Source of the DNA: a virus
Lineage: Duplodnaviria; Caudoviricetes
Reading direction: 5' to 3' (one strand)
Length of the DNA stretch: 42,851 bases
Virus record (IMG/VR): IMGVR_UViG_3300048856_000021
Coordinates: 1-42,851 of that record
The notes under the pieces are model-generated. The model worked only from the letters and a program-made list of their open reading frames with translations, was not told the origin of the DNA and searched no databases. Positions 27,159-36,019 of the stretch are shown here, one piece after another; the first letter of the stretch is position 1, and every line of letters starts with the position of its first letter. The position numbers and the translations under genes are program-made.

Positions 27159-27167
27159 ATTATGCCA
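27159..27167 (-). promoter_or_regulatory. Putative late promoter (extended -10 TGG-CATAAT)
   Basis: TGn-CATAAT just downstream of the putative late regulator; no good -35. Confidence 0.55.
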
Positions 27168-27227
27168 CATGAAACAGCATTTCGGACGTGTTGCAGGGCA
27201 TGGTTCGGCCAGCGTGTCGCTGAGCTT

Positions 27228-27902
27228 CTACGTGGTCGTCAGCTCCTCCGCTTTCTCGGTGAGTTCGTCTCCGAGTTCCGCGACCGCTTCGAACCCGACC
27301 CACTCGGTCGCGGAGCCGATGATCTCCGGGCATGCCCTACATGTTGCGCGGGGGCGGATGGGTTGCCCGTCGACCTTGCGGTACTCGACGACGATCGGCC
27401 ACCGGAACACTTCCCCGTTCTGGTCGGTCCAGAACTCGGACCGGCAGACGGGGCACACGGTGCGGATCTCGAGCCGCTTCGGCGGTTCCAGCTGCGTGCG
27501 GATGACACGCACCCACCGTCGCAGTTCGGTCGTGTACCAGCCGATGTCGTCGGGTTCGTGGCAGCGGGCGTTGAAGGTGACGTACCAGCGCCGCAGGGAC
27601 CCTTGCACGTCGTCTTTGACCCAGTCGGCACTCCAGTTGCAGCACCAGCCGCGGACCGCTTCGCTGATCCGCCCCCACTCGGCGAGGGCTTCGGATTTCA
27701 CCATGTTCCGTTCACGGGCGGCGACGGACTTCGACCCGCCGTCGTTGCCCGCTGACGGGGTGATCGACGCGTACAGCTGGTCCAGCAGGCTGGGGTGCTG
27801 CACGGAGTGGATGCCGATGTACGTGCCATCGTCAGCCGTCTGCGTGATGTGCTCCGTGGACGGCTTCGTGAGGACGTCCACGACGTCGAGGAGATCAGTC
27901 AC
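27228..27902 (-). CDS. Putative late-gene regulator with CxxC...CxxC zinc ribbon
   Basis: PSLLDQL...; CPVC...CRAC; last early gene, in the position of lambda Q; function inferred from synteny. Confidence 0.65.
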   Translation of the reverse strand: MTDLLDVVDVLTKPSTEHITQTADDGTYIGIHSVQHPSLLDQLYASITPSAGNDGGSKSVAARERNMVKSEALAEWGRISEAVRGWCCNWSADWVKDDVQGSLRRWYVTFNARCHEPDDIGWYTTELRRWVRVIRTQLEPPKRLEIRTVCPVCRSEFWTDQNGEVFRWPIVVEYRKVDGQPIRPRATCRACPEIIGSATEWVGFEAVAELGDELTEKAEELTTT

Positions 27903-28059
27903 GCGTCTTCCTTTCCAGATGCCTCGACAGTCCTGCTAGAACTTCGACGAGGGGCGCGCCCACCGATGCGATTGCTCGGTTCGCAAGCCGCAGGCAGGCG
28001 GCAGCTCGTGCTTGTGCGACGAGCTGAGGTGCGTGCTTCCAGAGCTCCCGGTCGCCCAT
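27895..28059 (-). CDS. Hypothetical protein, 54 aa (not in ORF track)
   Basis: TGATG coupling to ssb; fills the gap to the next gene. Confidence 0.45.
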   Translation of the reverse strand: MGDRELWKHAPQLVAQARAAACLRLANRAIASVGAPLVEVLAGLSRHLERKTRD

Positions 28060-28520
28060 CAGAACGGGGTCTCGTCGTTGAACCCGTCACCGGGCGTGGA
28101 CCAGACGTCGTTGCCCTGCTGACCGGCTCCCTGCTGCTGCGTCGGTGACCACGCACCACCCTGCTGCTGCCCGCCCTGCTGGCCCGTCTTCGATCGGCGG
28201 TCGTCGATGCCGATCGTCGGGTTGCGGAGGATCACGGTCGCGCCGGCACCGTTCTTGCCCTCGTAGACCTGCACCTCCGGGTCGCCCGAGATCGTCACGT
28301 AGGTGCCCTTCTGGACTCGGCGGGCGTAGTACTCGGCGTCCTGGTCCCAGAACGTCGCCTCCGCCCACGTCACCTGACCGACGTTCTCGTACCCGCCGCC
28401 CTCCTGCTTCTTCGACCAGGAGTGCGCCACCCGGATCGACAGCACCTTCTTCCCCGTCTGCGTCTGGTTCTGGCGGGGCTCGACAGCCCAACCCTCGACG
28501 GTCATCGTTGCGTTGCTCAT
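28059..28520 (-). CDS. ssb: Single-stranded DNA-binding protein
   Basis: OB-fold pattern (W....W...AE......KG..V.I.G), Gly/Gln linker, acidic DETPF tail. Confidence 0.93.
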   Translation of the reverse strand: MSNATMTVEGWAVEPRQNQTQTGKKVLSIRVAHSWSKKQEGGGYENVGQVTWAEATFWDQDAEYYARRVQKGTYVTISGDPEVQVYEGKNGAGATVILRNPTIGIDDRRSKTGQQGGQQQGGAWSPTQQQGAGQQGNDVWSTPGDGFNDETPF

Positions 28521-28777
28521 GCGGATGCTCCCTTGGGGTTGGTGGTGATGTTGTCTGCGTCGAGGAGAGCGGCGACTTCCCGTCCCCACTGTTCCCATGC
28601 GTCGGCTTCGATCGGCAGTTCCGGCCACGTGACGTCGTGCATCTGATCGAGGTGCGCGAGGCGCTTGTCCTGATCGACGATGACTCGGCAGAGCCGGACC
28701 AGCAGGTCGTTGACGGACGCCGCGGTGAACTGGTGACCCTCGAGCGCTTCTTGCAGGATCGCGTCGTTGTTGCTCAT
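28517..28777 (-). CDS. Hypothetical protein
   Basis: ATGA coupling on both sides. Confidence 0.75.
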   Translation of the reverse strand: MSNNDAILQEALEGHQFTAASVNDLLVRLCRVIVDQDKRLAHLDQMHDVTWPELPIEADAWEQWGREVAALLDADNITTNPKGASA

Positions 28778-29058
28778 GCTGCGAACTCCTCGGTGTTGAT
28801 GTGCTGGTCCATCAGGTCAGGGCGGAAACCACCCCAGGTCTCGTCGACAAACCCGGACGGGCTGGTCGGGTCGGGGGTCTGCACGACGACGATCGGCGCC
28901 GCACTGATCCCCAGCTCACGGGCGGCGGCGATCACCCCGTCGTCCTCAGCGGAGTCGTGGATGTACGGCACCTTGTGCTCCGTCAGCCACTTCTCCGTCA
29001 TGCGGCACTGCACGCACGCGGGCTTCGAGTAGACACGGACGGTCTGCTGCGTGGTCAT
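28774..29058 (-). CDS. nrdH: NrdH-like glutaredoxin
   Basis: VYSKPACVQC, AP.VVV, W.GFRPD; GAAAGGA RBS. Confidence 0.92.
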   Translation of the reverse strand: MTTQQTVRVYSKPACVQCRMTEKWLTEHKVPYIHDSAEDDGVIAAARELGISAAPIVVVQTPDPTSPSGFVDETWGGFRPDLMDQHINTEEFAA

Positions 29059-29111
29059 GGGATTGTCCTTTCGGGTTGGGTCAGTTGGGTCGGGTTGTTG
29101 GTGTGGTGCGG

Positions 29112-30293
29112 TCACGTGATCGGCTCCCACGGCCACGAGGAGCCGCGGACCATGCGTCGGGGCCAGCCGCGTTCGTCACGGTCTCCACGCCACCGGGAGA
29201 CAGCAACGACGTGCCCTTCACCGGTGTTGTCCGGGTCGGGTCGGAGGCCGAATCCGAACTCGGGCCAGCCGAGGAGCGCCGCGGACCCTCGAGGTCGGAG
29301 GTCACGTTCACCGGATGCGCCGGTCGACTTGCCGGCGTGGGCTTCCATGACGAGCGCGATGTTCCGCTCCCGCAGCGAGTCGAGGCCGACGATCAGCGGT
29401 GCGGCGTCGTCGTCGTTGTTGATGGCCTTCGGGACGAGCTTGTACAGCGGCCCGATGAACAGCACGTCGGGCTTGTGCCGGTCGATGAGCCGGTGAATCT
29501 CGGACAGGTGCGACCCGCGGGTGATGTCGATGCGGTTCCCGGCGACGATGTTGATCGCCAACGCCGGATCCACCACGCCAACCTCACGGGCGCGTCGGGT
29601 GGACCAGCGGACCGCACGTCGCCACTGCCGTTCCGTGTTCTCCGCGTCAACCACGAGCACCTTCACCGGGTCGATCGGTTCGAACGTCGTCGGATGGATC
29701 CCAGCAGCCGCAAGGACAGCCAACTGCCGGACGAACGTCGTCTTCCCCGAACCCTCCGGCCCGGTCACGATCAGCCGGTCCTTCCGCTCGAGCAGACCCG
29801 GGATCACCCAGTCGTACGCATCCGACCCGGACAGGATCTCCGCCAGCGTCTTCGTCTGCAGCATCCCCGTCGAGTGACCATCCACGAGGGTCTGCAACCG
29901 GTTCAACGCAGCAGACGCAGCATCCATCGGGTCAGCGCCCGCAGCGAGGTCTTCCTGCATCGTGTTCGCCACGTTCCGGGACTCACGTCGCACAGCATCC
30001 GCACGGACACCCTGCGCGTACTCCGGAGCAGCGAACGCGTACACCGACGGGTCAGCCCACTGGAATGGCTCCGTGTCGAGCCCACGGACACCCCAGCCAG
30101 CGAGTGCGGTGTCGACGATGGCTGCGTCGACCGCGTCACCACGGCTGAGCCGTTCCACGATGCCGTCGAACACCACCCCGAGGCGAGCGTCCGAGAAATC
30201 CACCGACCCGACCATCCCGTGCACACGACCCACCTGCAGCGGGTCACGGATCAGCGCGCCGAGGAGGTTCCGCTCGACCTGCGTGCCGGTCAT
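29112..30293 (-). CDS. Replicative helicase: DnaB-like N-terminus plus RecA-fold (AAA_25/RepA-like) ATPase
   Basis: E..LLGALI..P...DFSD.R...VF; GPEGSGKT, VLVVDAEN, EAH, RPRGS. Confidence 0.88.
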   Translation of the reverse strand: MTGTQVERNLLGALIRDPLQVGRVHGMVGSVDFSDARLGVVFDGIVERLSRGDAVDAAIVDTALAGWGVRGLDTEPFQWADPSVYAFAAPEYAQGVRADAVRRESRNVANTMQEDLAAGADPMDAASAALNRLQTLVDGHSTGMLQTKTLAEILSGSDAYDWVIPGLLERKDRLIVTGPEGSGKTTFVRQLAVLAAAGIHPTTFEPIDPVKVLVVDAENTERQWRRAVRWSTRRAREVGVVDPALAINIVAGNRIDITRGSHLSEIHRLIDRHKPDVLFIGPLYKLVPKAINNDDDAAPLIVGLDSLRERNIALVMEAHAGKSTGASGERDLRPRGSAALLGWPEFGFGLRPDPDNTGEGHVVAVSRWRGDRDERGWPRRMVRGSSWPWEPIT

Positions 30294-31057
30294 GCCTGCA
30301 TCCAAGCGTCGCGGTCGACCACGGCGGGCCGTCCCTGAGCGATGCGACCCGGCAGCTCGTCAGTCCACCGATCCCGGCCGATCCACACTCCGAGTGCTGG
30401 CACGAACTGCACCTCGGTCGTTGCTGCGTACGCGTCCCCGAACTGGACGATCGCCGACACAAGTTCCGACACCTCGAGGCGCTTCGTGGCCTTCACGAAC
30501 CGGTCGAAGGCCTGCTTGCGGTCGACCTTCTTCGGCCAGTGAGACCATGCCTCCTCGAACACACGCTCGAGCTCCGCCTTGGCGGTGCGGGAGACACCGT
30601 TAGGTGTCTTAGGGATCGGGTCGGGTCGGGTCGGGTCGGGGTGTCCGGACTCCGGGTGGTGTCCCTCCGTCTGTCCTGCGCCTGTCCCTTCGGTGTCCCG
30701 CTGGGACGCTCGGTACTTGGCCTTGCGGATCCGCTCCTTCTCGCGGGTCTCGTCAAGTTCCGCCTTCGTCGGCTGGTACCTGCTCCAATTCCGGAACTGC
30801 CAACCGGAGAGGCCACGTTCGGAGTTGTTGCTCTCAACGTTCTCCCAGAGACCTGCGGAGACAAGCTGCGCGGCGATCGCAGGAGTGCCGCAGAGCTCTT
30901 CGAGGACGTAGTTAGGGACGAACCCGTCGAGCTCTTCCTGCGCAGACCACGTGCCGGCGAGGGTCCACAGGCCGACTGCGGACAGACGGTAGCGGCGTGC
31001 GATGCGGAGCACCGGCTTCGACGAGAAGAACCCGTCATCGACCTTGAACCAAGCCAC
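30290..31057 (-). CDS. Replication initiator protein
   Basis: MAWFKVDDGF...AVGLW..AG.W.....DGFVP; PDPTRPDP linker; FE.AW..WPKKV..K.A; GTG 31057 with GGAGG. Confidence 0.85.
   Translation of the reverse strand: MAWFKVDDGFFSSKPVLRIARRYRLSAVGLWTLAGTWSAQEELDGFVPNYVLEELCGTPAIAAQLVSAGLWENVESNNSERGLSGWQFRNWSRYQPTKAELDETREKERIRKAKYRASQRDTEGTGAGQTEGHHPESGHPDPTRPDPIPKTPNGVSRTAKAELERVFEEAWSHWPKKVDRKQAFDRFVKATKRLEVSELVSAIVQFGDAYAATTEVQFVPALGVWIGRDRWTDELPGRIAQGRPAVVDRDAWMQA
30616..30707. repeat. (TCGGG)5 tandem repeat plus TGTCC iterons: probable replication origin
   Basis: TCGGG x5 at 30616-30640; TGTCC at 30642, 30660, 30672, 30683, 30694 and inverted GGGAC at 30703. Confidence 0.7.
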
Positions 31058-31223
31058 GTGCGCCACCTCCTTCCGCTTCCTCTGCCATCGCGACGCCGTC
31101 GGCGATCGCTTGCTTGATGTCCTCTTCTGGGAGTCCGTGCTCACGTGCGAGGACGACGTACCGGTGCACGTCACGGCCGACCATGTGCAGGTGCGTAACC
31201 GCTGCCTGCTGCCTGCCGTTCAT
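31035..31223 (-). CDS. Hypothetical protein
   Basis: MNGRQQAAVTHLHMVG...; ATGA overlap. Confidence 0.65.
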   Translation of the reverse strand: MNGRQQAAVTHLHMVGRDVHRYVVLAREHGLPEEDIKQAIADGVAMAEEAEGGGARGLVQGR

Positions 31224-31627
31224 GCGGTGACCTTCGTGATCCCGAGGTCGAACAGTCGCTGGTGGGCGTCTTCCGTCTTCACGGGCGCCCATTCCTGCTT
31301 CACGTTCTCCGTGAACAGCACCCACCGCTTCGAACCCGACGGCGACGGGACGAGGATCGGTACCTCCTCGGACTCCTCAACCCACGACGGGATCGCGTAG
31401 CCCTGCGCTCGAGCGTCCGGGGACGTGTGTGCCCACTGGTGGCAGCCGGACGTGTTGCCCAGACCACACAGGACTACGAGGTTCGACATCGTGTGCCGAC
31501 CACCGCGGCTGCGGTACTTCCTGTGGTGGAGCTCGAGGTGGCTGCTGAGCATGCCGCATCGTTCGCACCGACCACCGGCACGAGAGAGGACGATGTTCCT
31601 CACCGCGGTTGGGATGCTGGCGCTCAT
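31220..31627 (-). CDS. HNH endonuclease (replication region)
   Basis: RCERCG...HHRK.RSRGG....NLV.LCG....GCH...H. Confidence 0.88.
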   Translation of the reverse strand: MSASIPTAVRNIVLSRAGGRCERCGMLSSHLELHHRKYRSRGGRHTMSNLVVLCGLGNTSGCHQWAHTSPDARAQGYAIPSWVEESEEVPILVPSPSGSKRWVLFTENVKQEWAPVKTEDAHQRLFDLGITKVTA

Positions 31628-32724
31628 GCCGCCACCTCCTCGGGCACCTCGAGCGCACCGGCTGTTGCCGCTGCAAGAACGTGCCTGCCGAGCAGCGGGG
31701 GCACGGCGTTCCCGATCTGGAGGAACTGATCACCCTTATTTCCAGCCCAATCGAAACCTGACGGAAACGTCTGGAACAGGGCTGCCTCATCGACCGTGAG
31801 TTTCAGCGACGTCTTCGACTGCTCACCGTGGAAATGGTGCTCCCGAGCGGTGATCCGTGGGTCTCCGGCAACAGTGGTCGCAGGAGCGTGCTTCCACTTC
31901 CACGCTTCGATCTCAGGCCTGAGCACGAAACCGCCCGGTTCAGTTCCACCGGCAGATGCGCGGATGGTGAAGGCCGGCTCCTCGCTCGAGCGGCCCGGGC
32001 GGTCGCCGTAGCGCTCGACCATGCCGCGGCCCATGTTCTTGTGGGCGGTGAAGTGTCCGCGGCCGAGCGCCTCGGCCATCGAGATCCACTTCGGGACGCC
32101 GATGTCCAGACGGTTCGGGTCCTGCGAGTAGTAGCGCGAGTGTGTCGGCTCGGGCATCGCAGCTGCGACGCCGTCACGGCGAGCGATGAGGATCGCGCGC
32201 CGCCGTGTCTGCGGAACGCCGTACTGCTCAGCGTTGAGCACGCCGGTGGCAACCGAGTAGCCGAGCTGCCGCATGACCGCAGCACAGGCTTCCCACACGG
32301 GCAGGACAGGCGGTACCTGCTCGAGTACGACGTAGTCGGGACGGTCCCGGTAGACGTGCGCGAGTGGAGCGAGGACGAGAGCGGTCCGTGGGTCGAGCGA
32401 CGACGCGAGTCCGTGGAGTGCGACTGGGTCGCGGTAGAGGCCGGCTTCGATCGCGGCGAGTACTTCGTCGAGCGCCTTCCGCCCCTTGCCGTTGCCGGCT
32501 GGGCTGAACGTCTGGCATGGCGGTGACGCGATGAGTAGCTGGTACCGACCGACACCGTGGATGCCGAAGAGCCCATCCCAGACGTCGTTGTAGATCGTCT
32601 CGAAGCCAGCGCGGTTCCGGGTCTCGACGACGGCTTTCGCGTTGTCGACGCCTCGGTCGGTGATCCCGAGCTCTCGGCATGCGAGCGCCCATCCGACGCC
32701 AGCGAACAGGTCGAGGGCGATCAT
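31624..32724 (-). CDS. DNA (cytosine-5) methyltransferase, orphan
   Basis: DLFAG.G (I), SPPCQTFS (IV), EQV (VI variant), YGVPQTRRR (VIII), Q.FP..F and QIGNAVPP (IX/X). Confidence 0.93.
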   Translation of the reverse strand: MIALDLFAGVGWALACRELGITDRGVDNAKAVVETRNRAGFETIYNDVWDGLFGIHGVGRYQLLIASPPCQTFSPAGNGKGRKALDEVLAAIEAGLYRDPVALHGLASSLDPRTALVLAPLAHVYRDRPDYVVLEQVPPVLPVWEACAAVMRQLGYSVATGVLNAEQYGVPQTRRRAILIARRDGVAAAMPEPTHSRYYSQDPNRLDIGVPKWISMAEALGRGHFTAHKNMGRGMVERYGDRPGRSSEEPAFTIRASAGGTEPGGFVLRPEIEAWKWKHAPATTVAGDPRITAREHHFHGEQSKTSLKLTVDEAALFQTFPSGFDWAGNKGDQFLQIGNAVPPLLGRHVLAAATAGALEVPEEVAA

Positions 32725-33062
32725 GCGTCCGCCTCCTTCGCGATCGGCTGACCTCCGACGGCGCGGGCGGCTGGGATGCCCATGCGGGCGCGGCGTGCTC
32801 CGATGGCTCCGCGTGACTGCCCGAGTTCGCGGGCGATTTCCCCGTCGGTTGCGCCTTCACTGTTGCGGCGGCGGATGATGGTGTCGCGTTCTTCGCGGGT
32901 CACCTGGGCGGGTGGGGTGGTGGGTGCTTCGGGGATGACCTTGATGACGAGTGCGCGGAGCAGGGTGGACACTTCGGTGCCCTGCTTGGTTGCTTCTCGG
33001 TTGAGGGTTTTGAAGCGGTGGCGGGGGATGTGCACGAGGACGGGGACGTCGAAGTCGTCCAT
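32721..33062 (-). CDS. HTH DNA-binding protein
   Basis: GATDGEIARELGQSRGAIGARRARMGI. Confidence 0.8.
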   Translation of the reverse strand: MDDFDVPVLVHIPRHRFKTLNREATKQGTEVSTLLRALVIKVIPEAPTTPPAQVTREERDTIIRRRNSEGATDGEIARELGQSRGAIGARRARMGIPAARAVGGQPIAKEADA

Positions 33063-33457
33063 CAGGCACCTGCCGCGGTGAAGACGTCGATCTCGGTGCG
33101 GGGGTTGTCGGCGTCGTGGTGCTTGCTGATGATCAGCGACACGATCTGGGAGTCGTCGGCCCAGGCGAGCCCGTTGAGGGCGTCGAGAGGGACTTTCGCG
33201 AGGTTGTCGCAGTCGACTCGTCGGTTGTCGTTGCGGAAGAACCGCAGACGGACGTTGAGCTTCCCGGTGACGGGGGTCTCGATGGTGTGGCGAACACCGA
33301 GGGTGCGGTGGAACTCGGCGGCGATGCCGGCCTCCGCGTCGAGGGTGCGCTGGTCGGTGAAGGTGCGGCCTCGGCCGAAGCGGGGCCTGCCCTTCGGGAT
33401 GGGTTGGCCGGGGATCGTGAGTTTCAGGATCCGGTACGTGCCAGAGTTGTCGAACAC
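33062..33457 (-). CDS. rusA: RusA-family Holliday junction resolvase
   Basis: G.P.PKGRPR, D.DNLAK..LDALNG..W.DD.QIV. Confidence 0.93.
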   Translation of the reverse strand: MFDNSGTYRILKLTIPGQPIPKGRPRFGRGRTFTDQRTLDAEAGIAAEFHRTLGVRHTIETPVTGKLNVRLRFFRNDNRRVDCDNLAKVPLDALNGLAWADDSQIVSLIISKHHDADNPRTEIDVFTAAGA

Positions 33458-33539
33458 GCTGGTCTCTCTTCCTGGGATGGAGGGGTTGCGAGGGTGTGAG
33501 GGGCGGCGGGTGTTACAGCACCTGCCGCCCCGGTTCAGG

Positions 33540-34475
33540 TCAGGCGTCGCGGTAGGCGGAGCGGATGACGGTGAGGACGTTGTCGGACGCGTGCGCGGCT
33601 TTCGCTGCGGCGCCGAGTGCAGCGATCGCGTCCTTGTCGCCTTGCGCTTCGTTGAGCTCGGCGAGCCAGTCGCGGCCGGACTCGTCGGGTTCCTGCGTCT
33701 CTTCGACGACGGGGGTGGCGTACGCGGATCGGCCGGTCTCGACGTCGGCGAGGCCGAGGGCCCGCCAGAACGCGTCCATCGTGAAGTTCGGCCAGTCCTT
33801 CGGCTCGTCGAGCTGCAGCCGCACGGACCGGACCTTGGAGAGCGTGTACTGGCCGCGGACGGGCATGTGGATGACGGCGTCGACGTCGTAGGGGAGGCCC
33901 TTCTCGGCCTTCACCTTCCACACCTTGTCGCCGGTAGGTGCGGTGCGTCCTGTGCGTGGGTCCTTGCCCATCGCGGCGACTTCCTCGTACCGGGCGGTGA
34001 TGATCGCCGGGCCGTCGTGGAGGCGGAGGACGTCGATGATGTCGCGCCAGTGCGCCTTGTGCTTGTTCCAGATGTCGACGCCGATCGTGGCGTCACCGCC
34101 CCGGTTGCCCTTGCGTGCTGCACGCTGGTTCGCGTCGACCTGCGCGTTCTCGCTGATGGTGTCCCACACCTTCGTGCCGGAGTCGACGACGATCAGGGTG
34201 GGCTTGTCGCCCTTCGGTTCGGCTGCTGCTTCGTGGATGATCTTTCGCAGGCCGGTGATGGTGCCGTCGTACTCGACGATGTCGAAGTCGGCGCCGGGGA
34301 TGAGTGCGTACTCGTCTGGATCTTGCTCACCGTGTCCAACCCAGAGGGTGCGGCCGATGAGATCGGAGGCGGACGCTTGGGCGGCGAGGAAAGACTTCCC
34401 CGCACCTTCCCCGCCGGCGGCGAGGAGCAGCGGCCATGACGGCCTCCCGGTGGGCTTCCTGGTGGAGATTGTCAT
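33540..34475 (-). CDS. AAA-family (Sak4-like) recombination ATPase
   Basis: GGEGAGKS Walker A, LIVVDS Walker B; next to the RecE-like nuclease. Confidence 0.8.
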   Translation of the reverse strand: MTISTRKPTGRPSWPLLLAAGGEGAGKSFLAAQASASDLIGRTLWVGHGEQDPDEYALIPGADFDIVEYDGTITGLRKIIHEAAAEPKGDKPTLIVVDSGTKVWDTISENAQVDANQRAARKGNRGGDATIGVDIWNKHKAHWRDIIDVLRLHDGPAIITARYEEVAAMGKDPRTGRTAPTGDKVWKVKAEKGLPYDVDAVIHMPVRGQYTLSKVRSVRLQLDEPKDWPNFTMDAFWRALGLADVETGRSAYATPVVEETQEPDESGRDWLAELNEAQGDKDAIAALGAAAKAAHASDNVLTVIRSAYRDA

Positions 34476-34870
34476 GACCAGTCGCCGCCCGCCATTCGGG
34501 CGAGCGCCGCGGAGGCGTCCTCGGCCTGCTTCTGCGTGTACGCGAGGACCTTCGCTCGGGACGCTTCGATCAGCGATCGCCAGTTCCCCGCCGCGTCCTC
34601 GTTCCAGTCGTCGACCAGGTCCTGCAGGTGTGCTCGTTCTTCGCGGACGCTGCCGTCCTCTTCGATAATGATCGAGGCGAGGGTGATGCGGTCGGTGTAG
34701 GACGTTCCGTTCTTCAGCGTGCGCGGGACGCTCGCGTCGACACTGACGGTGCCGCCCCCTCCGAACACGTTGGACCAGGTCTTCACCTGAATGTCAGGTG
34801 CCGTGTCGGGGTCAAGCTTCGCCAGGGTGAACTGGTTGCCGTCGGTCAGGGTGTACGGCCAGGCGGTCAT
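34472..34870 (-). CDS. Hypothetical protein
   Basis: MTAWPYTLTDG...; ATGA coupling on both sides. Confidence 0.75.
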   Translation of the reverse strand: MTAWPYTLTDGNQFTLAKLDPDTAPDIQVKTWSNVFGGGGTVSVDASVPRTLKNGTSYTDRITLASIIIEEDGSVREERAHLQDLVDDWNEDAAGNWRSLIEASRAKVLAYTQKQAEDASAALARMAGGDWS

Positions 34871-35706
34871 GCGATGGCTCCTTCTTGGAACATGAGCCAC
34901 GTGGGTGGCTGCAGCGGGTCTGGGTTGATCGGGTAGCCGGGGAACTCTTCAGCTGCGACGCAGGCGGCGTACGTCTCGAGCGCACGCCTGCCCTTCGCTG
35001 CGGCGATCTCCGCGAACTCGGGGGCGAGCGTGTACACGCCGACGAGGTACGGCGGTTCGACTTCCGCGACGACGAACTTCATCGGGAGGGTGAAGTCACC
35101 GGTGACGAGTCCGTACTGGTGCAGGTACCACCACTCCTGGACGTGGTAGCCGAAGTTCGCGACGGTGCGGGCGAAGTCCTCGGGGGATGCGCCCTTCGCG
35201 GAGGTCTTCAGGTCGACGGCGGTGGGGGATGGTGCGGTGAAGTCGGGGAGGAAGTCGAAGCGGGCCCGCATGGTGACGCCAGTGTCCGGGTCCGTGGCGA
35301 ACACGGATGCTTCCGCGTTGCCCGGCTGCTCGAACAGGGCTCGAGCGATCGGGTGGGCGAGGACCGCTTCGGTCATGTCGTCGACCTGCTGCGCGACTGC
35401 AGCCTTCACCGGGGTGTTGCCGGCGGCACGTTGTTCCTCGATCCACTCCTTCGCTGCCTTGGTAGATGCGGCGCCGTTCGATGCGAGGAGGTCGTCGGGG
35501 ATCGCGACGGTCGGTGCTCCGGTACCGAGCACCTTGGAGTGGACGGCGGTGCCGAGGTCGAACTCCTTCTTCGGCGCCTGGGGGTGGTCGCGGTCCCACT
35601 TGTAGCGGGCGGGGGAGTCGAGGAGTTTGCGGGCTTGGGTGGAGGACAGCTCGGGCCGGGAGTGGTACTCCTGCTCCGCGAGGTCCAAGACGATGCCGTT
35701 CACCAT
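34867..35706 (-). CDS. RecE-like PD-(D/E)XK exonuclease
   Basis: YH...LSS..ARKLL.SPA, GTAVH, E.S.F..D..TG...RARFD, DLKT, Y..Q...Y. Confidence 0.9.
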   Translation of the reverse strand: MVNGIVLDLAEQEYHSRPELSSTQARKLLDSPARYKWDRDHPQAPKKEFDLGTAVHSKVLGTGAPTVAIPDDLLASNGAASTKAAKEWIEEQRAAGNTPVKAAVAQQVDDMTEAVLAHPIARALFEQPGNAEASVFATDPDTGVTMRARFDFLPDFTAPSPTAVDLKTSAKGASPEDFARTVANFGYHVQEWWYLHQYGLVTGDFTLPMKFVVAEVEPPYLVGVYTLAPEFAEIAAAKGRRALETYAACVAAEEFPGYPINPDPLQPPTWLMFQEGAIA

Positions 35707-35822
35707 GCGCGCATCTCCTTCTTCCACTGGCGGAGCATGAGCCAGCGGGTGAATGGTCCGGGGAGGGCGGCCCACTCGGAGGCGTCTGCGCGGTTCCAGC
35801 CGACGGGGACCAGGGCGCTCAT
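35700..35822 (-). CDS. Hypothetical protein, 40 aa
   Basis: MSALVPVGWNRADASEWAALPGPFTRWLMLRQWKKEMRAW; coupled. Confidence 0.55.
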   Translation of the reverse strand: MSALVPVGWNRADASEWAALPGPFTRWLMLRQWKKEMRAW

Positions 35823-36019
35823 ACCGTCACCGCCACCGCAGTCGCTCCGGCTGCAGCGAGCACGAGGATCACCGCGGCGAAGACGTCGAAGCCGCCACTG
35901 ATGGTCTGAGAGCGCGGACGCGTCAGGAAGTGGATGCCACCGATGAAGGCGACGAGAGCGACGAGCGCCCAGACGCCTGCCACCAGGCCGTGGCTCATGT
36001 CCAGGTCTGCGGCGCTCAT
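35819..36019 (-). CDS. Small 2-TM membrane protein
   Basis: Two hydrophobic helices; ATGA overlaps. Confidence 0.7.
   Translation of the reverse strand: MSAADLDMSHGLVAGVWALVALVAFIGGIHFLTRPRSQTISGGFDVFAAVILVLAAAGATAVAVTV

Noticed and set aside
30616-30707. CRISPR array or telomere-like repeat
   Set aside because: Repeats are 5 bp, lie inside a coding region and have no spacers; no cas genes in the window
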